DNA from: Methanobacteriota archaeon
GTDB taxonomy: Archaea > Thermoplasmatota > Thermoplasmata > RBG-16-68-12
DNA length: 55,847 nt
NCBI GenBank assembly: GCA_005879065.1
Contig: VBLU01000003.1
Location: 1-55,847, forward strand
Reading direction: 5' to 3'
The notes beneath the pieces are model-generated. The model saw nothing but the letters and a program-made list of their open reading frames with translations, searched no databases and was not told the origin of the DNA. Positions 46,853 through 55,847 of this stretch are shown piece by piece (position 1 is the first letter of the stretch; each line of letters begins with the position of its first letter). A program made the translations under genes and the position numbers.

Positions 46853-48142
46853 ACGACTTCCCTCCTCCTTCGCGGCGGTATGATCGTGACACAAGACGCG
46901 GGGCGGTCGCTGGTCTCCGGGGACGTCCTCGTGGAAGACGGACGGATCGCGGCGGTCGGTCGCGTCGATCGCTCCGCGGCGGAGGTGATCGATTGCAACG
47001 GTTGCGCGGTGCTGCCCGGACTCATCAACCTCCATAACCATGCGCCGAACACACTGCTCCGCGGCGTGGCGGATGATGTGCCACTGGAAGAAATGTTACC
47101 GATGGCGGCCGCGATCGACGCAAAGCTCACCCGGCGCGACGTGCAGATCGGCGCGTTGCTCGCTTGCGTCGAGATGATCCGGTCCGGAACGACCAGCTTT
47201 CACGACCTGTTCTACTGGGAGGACGAAGTCGCGCGGGCCGTTCGGGAATCCGGGATCCGCGGCTTCTTGTCCTGGGTCACCCTGGACGAGTCCAAGACCA
47301 CCCAGCATGGCAGTCCCCTGAAGAACGCGGAGGCGTTCGTCGCCAAGCAGAAGGGAGACGCCCTCGTGACCCCGTCCGTCGGAGTGCAAGGCATCTACGC
47401 GGCGTCCGAGGAGACGTGCACGAAGGCGAAGGAGATCGCGGAACGCCACCACGTGCGACTCCACCTGCACCTCTCCGAAACCCGCGGGGAGGTGGAGGCT
47501 CAACGGAAGGAAACGGGCTTTCGACCGATCGAGTGGCTCGAGAAGATCGGCTTCCTCGGTCCGGATCTCACGGCCGCCCATTGCGTCTGGATCACGATAA
47601 ACGAGGTGCGGACCCTCGCGCGCCACGGCGTCAGCGTGGCCCATTGTCCGGTCTCGAACATGAAACTCGCGAGCGGCGGCGTCGCCCCGGTGCCCGAGAT
47701 GTTGCTAGAGGGAGTCGTCGTCGGCCTCGGGACCGACTCCCCGATTTCCAACAACGCGATGGACATGTTCGCGGACATGAAGATCGCCGCCCTGTTGCAC
47801 AAGGCCGCCCGATGGGACGCCCGCGCGATGCCCGCGCAGGTGGTCCTCGATCTCGCGACGGTCGGCGGAGCGCGGGCGCTGCACATGGAGCGGGAGATCG
47901 GCTCGGTCGAGGTCGGGAAGCGCGCAGACCTCGCGGTCGTCTCCCTGCGAGGCGCTCACACGACTCCTTTTTATCCGGAAAACGTCATCAGCCATCTCGT
48001 CTACGGTTGCCGGGGGAGCGATGTGCAAGCGACGGTTGTCGATGGCCAGGTCCTCATGGCGGACCGCATCGTGCGGACCGTCGACGAAGCCGAGGTCGTC
48101 TCCCGGGCTCAGGAGACGGCCGGCGAGCTGTTCGAGGCGTGA
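46853..48142 (+). CDS. mtaD: Amidohydrolase, MTA/SAH/5'-deoxyadenosine deaminase family
   Basis: PGLINLHNH, EMIRSGTT, HLHLSET, AHCV, HCPVSNMKL, LGTDS; start at ACG 46853 or ATG 46880. Confidence 0.88.
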   Translation, partial: TTSLLLRGGMIVTQDAGRSLVSGDVLVEDGRIAAVGRVDRSAAEVIDCNGCAVLPGLINLHNHAPNTLLRGVADDVPLEEMLPMAAAIDAKLTRRDVQIGALLACVEMIRSGTTSFHDLFYWEDEVARAVRESGIRGFLSWVTLDESKTTQHGSPLKNAEAFVAKQKGDALVTPSVGVQGIYAASEETCTKAKEIAERHHVRLHLHLSETRGEVEAQRKETGFRPIEWLEKIGFLGPDLTAAHCVWITINEVRTLARHGVSVAHCPVSNMKLASGGVAPVPEMLLEGVVVGLGTDSPISNNAMDMFADMKIAALLHKAARWDARAMPAQVVLDLATVGGARALHMEREIGSVEVGKRADLAVVSLRGAHTTPFYPENVISHLVYGCRGSDVQATVVDGQVLMADRIVRTVDEAEVVSRAQETAGELFEA

Positions 48143-48145
48143 GCT

Positions 48146-48802
48146 TTGATCGTCGGCGTGGACGAAGCCGGGCGAGGGCCCGTCATCGGTCCCCTCGTGG
48201 TCGCGGGCGTCGCGGTCGAATCGGACGTCGAACTTCGCCACATGAACGTCCGCGACTCGAAGAAGCTCTCGCCGGAGCGGCGGGAAGCCTTGGCCCCCGA
48301 GATCGAGAAGGTCTCGACGTACGAGGTCGTCGTGATCCCCGCGGAACGGATCGACGCGATGCGGTCCGAGATGTCCTTGAACGATTTCGAGGCGAAGCTC
48401 TTCGCCGAGGTGATCGACAAGTTGCGACCGGAGACCGCATACGTGGACGCCGCGGACGTCGACGAGATTGAGTTCAAACGTTGCGTCCGCAAAGAGCTCG
48501 CGTTCGATGTGGAGATCGTGTCCCAGCACAACGCGGACGAACTCTTTCCGGTCGTCAGCGCCGCCTCGATCCTGGCCAAGGTGTGTCGAGACCGCGAGAT
48601 GAGGACGATCGAGGATGAGGTTGGGATGCACATCGGGTCTGGCTACGCCTCAGACGCCGACACGATCGCGTTCTTGGAAACCTGGATCCGCGCGCATGGG
48701 TCGTTGCCGCCGCACACTCGAGCCTCGTGGGACACCGCGCGGCGTTTGCTCGCGGAGTCCCGGAACCACAAGCTCGACGATTTCGGACGGCGAACGGCAT
48801 GA
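48146..48802 (+). CDS. rnhB: Ribonuclease HII
   Basis: GVDEAGRGPVIGP, DSKKL, VSAASILAKV.RD, GSGY. Confidence 0.96.
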   Translation: MIVGVDEAGRGPVIGPLVVAGVAVESDVELRHMNVRDSKKLSPERREALAPEIEKVSTYEVVVIPAERIDAMRSEMSLNDFEAKLFAEVIDKLRPETAYVDAADVDEIEFKRCVRKELAFDVEIVSQHNADELFPVVSAASILAKVCRDREMRTIEDEVGMHIGSGYASDADTIAFLETWIRAHGSLPPHTRASWDTARRLLAESRNHKLDDFGRRTA

Positions 48803-49128
48803 GGGAGATGCTCGAGGGCCTGATTACGAAATTCAACGCGAAGGTCGCGACCGATCCGGCCCTGCGCGCGGAGATTGGAGAATTGACGAAGACGGTCCTG
48901 ATCGAATTGAAGGACGGGACGAAGTTTCATTTCTTGTTGAAGGACCAGCACGTGGCGGCGCTCCTCGACGGCGGCGTGGACCACGCGGACATCACGATCT
49001 CGACAGACGCCGATACCCTCGGGGCCTTGATTCGACGCGAGGTCGGACCGTTCAAGGCGTATGCGACCGGAAAGCTCCGACTCAAGGGGAGTCTTGAAGA
49101 TCTGGCGCGCTTCCGGAAGTTCTTCTGA
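48799..49128 (+). CDS. SCP2 sterol/lipid-binding domain protein
   Basis: ADITISTDADTL..PFKAYATGKLRLKGSLED. Confidence 0.85.
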   Translation: MREMLEGLITKFNAKVATDPALRAEIGELTKTVLIELKDGTKFHFLLKDQHVAALLDGGVDHADITISTDADTLGALIRREVGPFKAYATGKLRLKGSLEDLARFRKFF

Positions 49129-49210
49129 CGCCTCGCGCGATAGGTTTATCCTGCACGGTCCAATGCGGACGGACGACCGCCGTCGCGGGCCCGGCTCGAT
49201 GCGGGCACGT

Positions 49211-49347
49211 AGCGGGGTGGGGTAGCCAGGATATCCCGTCGGGCTCATAGCTCGGGACTCCCAGGTCCCCGGTGAGACACCCGGAGATCGATGGTTCAAA
49301 AGGACCGGCAGGACCCGCCTCCAGTTCGGAACGTCCATCCCCCGCTA
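49211..49347 (+). tRNA. Initiator tRNA-Met(CAT) with two introns (49250-49278 at 37/38; 49301-49333 at 59/60)
   Basis: Spliced sequence folds fully: A1-T72, AGCGGGG/CCCCGCT, three consecutive G-C pairs in the anticodon stem, CAT at 49246-49248, GATGG/CCATC T-stem, TTCAAAT loop. Confidence 0.93.
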
Positions 49348-49415
49348 TCGACCGAGGACTTCGCGCGGCGGCCTCTCGGTCAGGCCTGCCTTCTGGTTTC
49401 GCCGCATGAGCACGT

Positions 49416-49437
49416 GTTACCCTTGCGTAAGGGTAAC
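49416..49437. promoter_or_regulatory. Palindrome GTTACCCTT-GCGT-AAGGGTAAC, candidate operator
   Basis: 9-bp perfect arms, about 55 nt upstream of the CTTTTAT box of the KaiC-like pair. Confidence 0.5.
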
Positions 49438-49537
49438 CAAAATCCGCTTTGCGATTCCCGGTTGGATGGACTCTGATTCTCAGGTCGTAACTTTTATCGT
49501 CGATGGGCTGGGTGGTCCGACGCTCGGCAGGCTTTCA

Positions 49538-50616
49538 ATGGATCGAGTGAAAACTGGCATCGTCGGTCTGGACACGATGCTGAACGGCGGATTCCTGCCC
49601 GCACGCCCGTATGTGGTCTCCGGCCCCACCGGAAGCGGCAAGACCGTGCTCGCGGCGCACTTCCTCCTCGAGGGCCTCCGCCTGCAGGAACCCTGCCTCC
49701 TCGTCACCCTTGACGAGCCCCCAATCGAGGTGAAGGCGAACATGGCCACCTTCGGGTGGAACATGGACCGGCTCAAGATCCTCGACGCGACCCCGGACGT
49801 GCGCGCGCACAAGCGCCAACGGTCCGTGATCGACGTCGGGACCTCCCTCGACGTGCGCGACATGGAAGACGTCACGGACATCCGGCAGTCGTCCCAGGTG
49901 CGAGCCCTCGAGGTCACGGTACACAGCGTCCAGAAGATGATCAAACAAGAGTTCTCCCAACATCTGGAACGGACGAAACAGCGATACAAGCGGATCGCGG
50001 TCGACTCGATGACCGCCCTGAAGATGTTCTCGATGGAGGGGCAGGACAGCCGCATCTTGATCCAATCCTTCCTCCGGTTCCTCGCGGAACTCGAGGCGAC
50101 GACCCTCATCGTCTCCGAACGGCTGGACCGGAGGAAGCTCGAGACCGAGTTCTTCCTCGGCCGCGGGGAAATCCGGATGCACAAGTGGATCGACGGCAGC
50201 ATGATCCGCCGCGCGCTCTCGATCGAGAAATTCCGCGGTTCCGCGTTTGACGACAAGATGCATCCCGTGACGATCGGCGACAAGGGGATGGTGGTCGCCC
50301 TCGACCCTCCCTCCCAGATTCGCGGCACCTCGCCGGAGGGGAAGCCGGGCGAGTCCTTGCTCGAGACGCGCCTGATCGACGAAGTGTCCAACGTGATCGA
50401 GTCCGTCATGCGCCAGATCGAAGAGGCGCATCGACGCCAGATTCCGATCCGCGACGTTGAAGTGGCTCTGTCCCGCGCCATGCTGGCGTTCCAGCGGCGC
50501 AACTACCAGAAGGCGATGAAGATCGCCCTCGCTTGCAACTCCCAATTGAGGGAACGAATCGCGGAGGCCCCTCCTCCGCCGCCCGTCGGGATGCCGCCCC
50601 GACCGCCGGTGATCCG

Positions 50617-50620
<4 letters not shown>
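49538..50620 (+). CDS. KaiC/RAD55-like ATPase with C-terminal helical extension
   Basis: KTGIVGLDTMLNGG, GPTGSGKT, IAVDS, IEKFRGS. Confidence 0.9.
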
Positions 50621-51399
<779 letters not shown>

Positions 51400-51466
51400 G
51401 CCTCGGAAAGCTGGCAGCCCCGTGGCGGATGTCAAAGCGACGATTGTCAGACGAATGTATGACTAC

Positions 51467-51475
51467 TTTTAAATA
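51467..51475 (+). promoter_or_regulatory. TATA box of ftsZ
   Basis: TTTTAAATA about 52 nt upstream of the ATG. Confidence 0.65.
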
Positions 51476-51526
51476 GCCCTGGATGGATGCGTCCGGCCGT
51501 CAGTCTCCACGGGATGGGATGGCACA

Positions 51527-52666
51527 ATGAAATCGCTTCTCAATGAGGCCCTGGCTCGACATCAAGAAGCCGAGGCAAAGGAAGAGCGCGAGGCCGCCAA
51601 GGCTGCGAAGACGCCAGACAAAGGGAAGAACAACGACGACCAAGAGATCGAGAAGATCGTCGAATCGATCAACGTCTCGATCAAGATCGTCGGTTGCGGC
51701 GGTGGCGGGTCGAACACGGTCAACAGGTGCAGCGAGGCCGGCATCACGGGCGCCCAGCTCTGCGCCGTGAACACGGATGCGAAGCACCTTCTGTCCGTGC
51801 ACGCTCCGAAGAAGATCCTGATCGGCAAGCGGCTCACCAAGGGCCTCGGGGCCGGCGCCCTCCCCGAAGTCGGGGAGCAGGCCGCTCACGAGAACGAGGA
51901 GGAAATCCGCGAGTTCCTCCGCGGCTCCCATGTCGTGTTCATCACCGCGGGGATGGGCGGCGGTACCGGCACCGGGTCTGCCCAATACGTCGCTCGGATC
52001 GCAAAGGAGGAGGGCGCCCTCACGATGGGCGTGGTCACGATGCCCTTCAAGTCGGAGGGCCGGATCCGCATGGAGAACGCCGAGGCGGGCCTGGACAAAC
52101 TCCGCAAGTTCACCGACACCGCGATCGTGATCTACAACGACAAGCTCCTCGAACTCGTCCCGCGCCTGCCCATCAACGCGGCGTTCAAGGTGGCGGACGA
52201 AATCCTCATGCAGTCGATCAAAGGGATGACGGAGATCATCACGAAGCCCGGACTCGTGAACCTCGACTACGCCGACTTAATGACGATCATGAAGGGCGGC
52301 GGGGTCGCGATGATCGGGATCGGTGAGAGCGAGGAAGAGCGGGACCGGATCGAGTACGCGATCAACGAGGCCCTCGAGTCTCCGTTGCTCGGCGAGGTCG
52401 ACCTCACCCACGCCCGCGGTGCCCTCGTCCGCGTCGTCGGTGGTAACGACCTGACCGTCTCCGAAGCGGAACGGGCGGCCGAGATTGTGGGTCAGAAGAT
52501 CAACCCGCAGGCCCGGATCATCTGGGGATGTTCCGTCGACGACGAACTGGAGCACACGGTGCGCGTCCTGCTCGTGATCACCGGCGTGAAGTCGAAGTCC
52601 CTCCTCGGCAAAGAAGTGTATACCGGTCCGGTGAAGACCTCGGCCGAAGTGGACGAAGTACGCTGA
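51527..52666 (+). CDS. ftsZ: Cell division protein FtsZ
   Basis: [32 protein letters not shown]. Confidence 0.98.
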   Translation: MKSLLNEALARHQEAEAKEEREAAKAAKTPDKGKNNDDQEIEKIVESINVSIKIVGCGGGGSNTVNRCSEAGITGAQLCAVNTDAKHLLSVHAPKKILIGKRLTKGLGAGALPEVGEQAAHENEEEIREFLRGSHVVFITAGMGGGTGTGSAQYVARIAKEEGALTMGVVTMPFKSEGRIRMENAEAGLDKLRKFTDTAIVIYNDKLLELVPRLPINAAFKVADEILMQSIKGMTEIITKPGLVNLDYADLMTIMKGGGVAMIGIGESEEERDRIEYAINEALESPLLGEVDLTHARGALVRVVGGNDLTVSEAERAAEIVGQKINPQARIIWGCSVDDELEHTVRVLLVITGVKSKSLLGKEVYTGPVKTSAEVDEVR

Positions 52667-52717
52667 CCTCCTCCTCTTTTTCCGAACCTTTTTCCGTTTC
52701 TTCCCCATCGCGCAAGT

Positions 52718-52941
52718 GTGAGCACCCATCGGCCGCGGTACCGGTACGTCGCGTTCCGGCTCGAGAGTCGGGTCTCATCCGAACGACGAACCTCGAGAAG
52801 GACGCGGCAATCGCGGCCCTGAATGGGATCGAGGCGATGGCGGGAGAGGCGGTCCATGTGACCACGGTCGGTACCTCCGGGACGATCCGGGCCGCGACGC
52901 GCAAGTACCTGACTCCGCGGGCCCGCGCGCGGCGCGACTGA
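52718..52941 (+). pseudogene. rnp2: RNase P component 2 (Pop5/Rpp14), frameshifted by an internal deletion (possibly an assembly artefact)
   Basis: MSTHRPRYRYVAFRLE in one frame; GLIRTT..VTTVGTSGTIRAA in another; directly upstream of psmA as in the conserved cluster. Confidence 0.8.
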
Positions 52942-52951
52942 CAAAAGAACC

Positions 52952-52959
52952 CTTATAAG
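52952..52959 (+). promoter_or_regulatory. BRE/TATA box of psmA
   Basis: AAAAGAACCCTTATAAG upstream of the GAGGT SD and ATG 52993. Confidence 0.65.
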
Positions 52960-52992
52960 TGACCGCTTTATTAGCGGCCCGAGGTTTATCAA

Positions 52993-53718
52993 ATGCAGCC
53001 GGGCCAGATGGCATACGACCGCGCGATCACGGTCTTCAGCCCCGACGGCCGCCTGTTTCAGGTCGAGTACGCACGCGTCGCCGTGACCCGTGGGAACACC
53101 ACGGTCGGCCTGAAGTTCAAGAACGGAATCGTCCTGATGGCCGACAAGAAGCTCGGTTCCCGGCTCGTAGAGACCGCTTCGATTGAGAAGATCTTCCAAA
53201 TCGACGACCACGTCGGGGCGGCGACCTCGGGCCTCGTCGCGGATGCCCGGGTCCTCGTGGACTATGCCCGCCTGGTGGCACAGATCAACAAGGTCACGTA
53301 CAGCGAAAAGATTGGAGTCGACCTCCTCGTGAAGCGCATCTGCGATTACAAACAGAACTACACGCAGTACGGCGGGGTCCGGCCCTTCGGGACCGCGTTG
53401 CTCGTCGCGGGCGTGGACGATCTCGGAACCCATCTGTTCGAGACAGACCCGAGCGGCGCCCTCGTATCGTACAAGGCGGGCAGCATCGGACAGGGCCGTC
53501 AGGCCGTCATGGAGCTGCTCGAGGAAAAGTACAAAGAGGGGATGACCCAGGACGATTCCATCGTCCTCGGTCTCGAAGCTTTGCAGAAGGCCTCCGAAGG
53601 CGAGAAGCTCGACGCGCGGGCGATCGAGGTCGGCCTCATCGTCGAGGGCGAGAAGTTCCGTCGCCTCCCGGAATCGGAAGTGGGCCAGTACCTCACCCGG
53701 GTACCGACGGCGTCCTAG
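52993..53718 (+). CDS. psmA: Proteasome subunit alpha
   Basis: YDRAITVFSPDGRLFQVEYA, GGVRPFG, ETDPSG. Confidence 0.98.
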   Translation: MQPGQMAYDRAITVFSPDGRLFQVEYARVAVTRGNTTVGLKFKNGIVLMADKKLGSRLVETASIEKIFQIDDHVGAATSGLVADARVLVDYARLVAQINKVTYSEKIGVDLLVKRICDYKQNYTQYGGVRPFGTALLVAGVDDLGTHLFETDPSGALVSYKAGSIGQGRQAVMELLEEKYKEGMTQDDSIVLGLEALQKASEGEKLDARAIEVGLIVEGEKFRRLPESEVGQYLTRVPTAS

Positions 53719-53726
53719 GCGACCTC

Positions 53727-54377
53727 ATGCCTAAAGAACTCCGCAGCGACCGACGCGACGATATTTTCAAGGAATACGTGATCGCTCGCGTCGAGAAGTC
53801 GGGCGAGAAGTTCGAGATCCTCGTGAAGCCGGAGGCGGTCCAGAAGGTCCGTGACGGCAAGGACGTGGACCTCCTGAAGGAACTCGCGATTGACGAGATT
53901 TTCAAGGACGCCCACAAGGGCTCGAAGGCGTCTGAGGACAAGATGGCCGAGTTCTTCGGGACGACGGAGCCCCTCGTCCAGTACATCGCGGCGAACGCGA
54001 TCAACCCGCAGACCAGCACTCCCCATCCACCCCAGCGCATCGAGAACGCGATGGAGGAGGCCAAGGTCCACATCGACCCGTTCAAGCCGATCGAGGAGCA
54101 GGTGAAGGAGGTCCTCGACGCGCTGCGGCCCCTCATCCCGATCCGCTTCGAGAAGGTCCGGATTGCGGTCAAGTTGAGCGCGGAAGACAGCGCGAAATCC
54201 TACGGGGACATCAAGGGATACGGCACGATCCTGAAAGAGGAGTGGTCCCCGACGGGAGCTTGGCTCGGCGTCGTCGAGATGCCCGCGGGCCTGCAAACGG
54301 ACTTCCTGGAGCGGTTGAACGCGAAGACGAAAGGAAACGTGGAGACGCGGATCCTGAAGGCGGACCAGCGAGTCTGA
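53727..54377 (+). CDS. Ribosome assembly factor SBDS (apparent in-frame internal deletion)
   Basis: GEKFEILV, IFKDAHKG, INPQT..PHPPQRIENAM, IPIRFE; the GEIQLT..QRR linker helix is missing. Confidence 0.9.
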   Translation: MPKELRSDRRDDIFKEYVIARVEKSGEKFEILVKPEAVQKVRDGKDVDLLKELAIDEIFKDAHKGSKASEDKMAEFFGTTEPLVQYIAANAINPQTSTPHPPQRIENAMEEAKVHIDPFKPIEEQVKEVLDALRPLIPIRFEKVRIAVKLSAEDSAKSYGDIKGYGTILKEEWSPTGAWLGVVEMPAGLQTDFLERLNAKTKGNVETRILKADQRV

Positions 54378-54420
54378 GCCGGACGGAGTACCAGGACGTG
54401 GCATCGAAAGGCACTCCCCC

Positions 54421-54651
54421 ATGACGAGCGGTCGGGCACTTCGTTGGATTTCGCCTCGGAGCGGCTTCGTAGCCGTCACCCTCTTGACCGGTCTCTGCCT
54501 CGCGGCGACCATCCTGTTTGCGCTCCTCACGACGATGTCCTCCTTCCTGCTCGCGTGGGTGGCCCTGACGGCGATCCTTGCGGGGACTTCGGTCTACGCC
54601 TGGTGGGACTGGAAGCACCCGCCGAAGGGACCGAATCCTCCCGGTCGCTGA
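54421..54651 (+). CDS. Small membrane protein (2 TM)
   Basis: 76 aa with two hydrophobic segments, between SBDS and rrp4. Confidence 0.55.
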   Translation: MTSGRALRWISPRSGFVAVTLLTGLCLAATILFALLTTMSSFLLAWVALTAILAGTSVYAWWDWKHPPKGPNPPGR

Positions 54652-54735
54652 CCCTGCGCCGGGACGTTCCCTTCGAAACCGGAAGCCTCAAGTAGCGGCC
54701 TCCATTTCGACGCCGTGCGTGAGAGAGAAACACAC

Positions 54736-55434
54736 ATGCAGGGTAGCGGGTCGCTCCGCCCGATTGTCATTCCGGGCGAAGCCGTCGGCGGCCCCGGACT
54801 GAAGCCGGGACCTGGAACGTACAGCGAAGGCGGACAGCTTTTCGCGGCGCAATTGGGGATTCGGAACGAGCAGGACGGGCTCGTCAGCGTGATCCCGCTG
54901 AACGGGCGGTACATTCCCCAACGGGGCGATGCGGTGATCGGCGAGGTCACCGACCTCGGTGCCTCCCACTGGCTCGTCGACATCAACTCCCCCTATCCCG
55001 CGCCCCTTCACGCGACCGAGTCGCCGTGGCGGGTCGAGTTCGGCGACACCGCGCGGTACCTGAAGGTCGGCGACGTGATCATGGCGCACGTGTTGAGCGT
55101 GGACGAGATCAAGCGGGTCCAGCTCACGATGCAGGAACATGAGGCACGCCGGCTGAACGGCGGCATGGTGATGGAGATCTCCCCGACGAAGGTTCCGCGG
55201 GTCATCGGGAAGCAGGGGAGCATGGTCTCCCTGATCAAGGACCTCACCCACTGCCAGATCTACGTCGGGCAGAACGGCCGGATTTGGCTGGACGGGAATG
55301 ACCGCGACACCGCGATCGCCGCGCGGGCGATCCGACTAATCGAGGAACGCGCCCAGGCGTCCGGCCTTACGGAAGCCGTGCGCGAGCTGATCGAAGGGGC
55401 GCAGCGGGAGACGCGAGGGCCCAGGCCCTCCTGA
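54736..55434 (+). CDS. rrp4: Exosome RNA-binding subunit Rrp4
   Basis: IVIPGE, GRYIP..GDAVIG, S1 domain, KH motif [19 protein letters not shown]. Confidence 0.96.
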   Translation: MQGSGSLRPIVIPGEAVGGPGLKPGPGTYSEGGQLFAAQLGIRNEQDGLVSVIPLNGRYIPQRGDAVIGEVTDLGASHWLVDINSPYPAPLHATESPWRVEFGDTARYLKVGDVIMAHVLSVDEIKRVQLTMQEHEARRLNGGMVMEISPTKVPRVIGKQGSMVSLIKDLTHCQIYVGQNGRIWLDGNDRDTAIAARAIRLIEERAQASGLTEAVRELIEGAQRETRGPRPS

Positions 55435-55447
55435 GGAGCGACTGCAC

Positions 55448-55847
55448 ATGGAAGATATCGAGCACATCGAGAAAGAGATGAAGTTGATCAAAGCGGATGG
55501 ACGGCGGTTGGACGGTCGGAAGGCGGATGAACTGAGGCCGGTGCGGATCGAGGCGGGCGTGCTGCGTCGGGCGGATGGTTCCGCATACATCGAATGGGGC
55601 GGGAACAAGGTGCTTGCGGCCGTCTACGGACCGCGGGAGGCCCACCCGCGTCACTTGCAAGACCCCGCCCGGGCGCTCGTCCAGTGCCGATACAACATGG
55701 CGCCCTTCAGTGTCTCCGACCGGAAGCGACCTGGGCCGGATCGACGGTCCGTCGAGATCTCGAAGGTAATCTCGGAGGCGTTCTCGGCCGTCGTGTTCAA
55801 GGAACAATTCCCTCGGACCTCGGTCGATATCTTCATTGAGGTCCTCC
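55448..55847 (+). CDS. rrp41: Exosome exonuclease Rrp41 (partial, runs off window)
   Basis: [45 protein letters not shown]. Confidence 0.96.
   Translation, partial: MEDIEHIEKEMKLIKADGRRLDGRKADELRPVRIEAGVLRRADGSAYIEWGGNKVLAAVYGPREAHPRHLQDPARALVQCRYNMAPFSVSDRKRPGPDRRSVEISKVISEAFSAVVFKEQFPRTSVDIFIEVL

Noticed and set aside
49293..49336. Alternative splice register using the perfect GTTC/GAAC helix for intron 2
   Set aside because: It would delete two nucleotides and leave a malformed T-arm; the 59/60 register yields a standard tRNA
52277..52729. Minus-strand ORF containing MGKKRKKVRKKRRR
   Set aside because: Reverse complement of the pyrimidine tract after ftsZ; runs antisense into ftsZ and lacks the SD/TATA support seen at 45763

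Overview
GC-rich archaeal chromosomal segment, most consistent with a Thermoplasmata (Thermoplasmatota) archaeon: TBP, proteasome alpha, exosome Rrp4/Rrp41, SBDS, RNase P proteins, eS17, FtsZ, ATP-dependent ligase, AGT-like/EndoV fusion. The left half is metabolic: acyl-CoA ligase and crotonases, a LeuA/C/D/B-type 2-oxoacid elongation set, LipA/LipB with a 2-oxoacid dehydrogenase complex carrying two E1-alpha paralogues, FixABCX, ABC-2 exporters and EamA transporters. The right half is mostly housekeeping. I saw no CRISPR array, rRNA, transposase or catalytic integrase. The main unexplained features are: (1) an 84-aa integrase-N-like ORF whose start and stop codons lie inside two directly repeated 20-bp palindromes (29511-29789); (2) a 12-aa Lys-rich micro-ORF with its own TATA, SD and terminator (45763-45801); (3) an initiator tRNA-Met with two introns (37/38 and 59/60); (4) four genes whose best-placed start codon is ACG or ATC; (5) a ~100-nt three-way-junction RNA candidate (23335-23435); (6) a Cys-less alkyltransferase-like domain fused to EndoV. 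Three short internal deletions (ABC ATPase, Pop5, SBDS) look like assembly artefacts. All product calls come from motif recognition by eye; no database searches were run.
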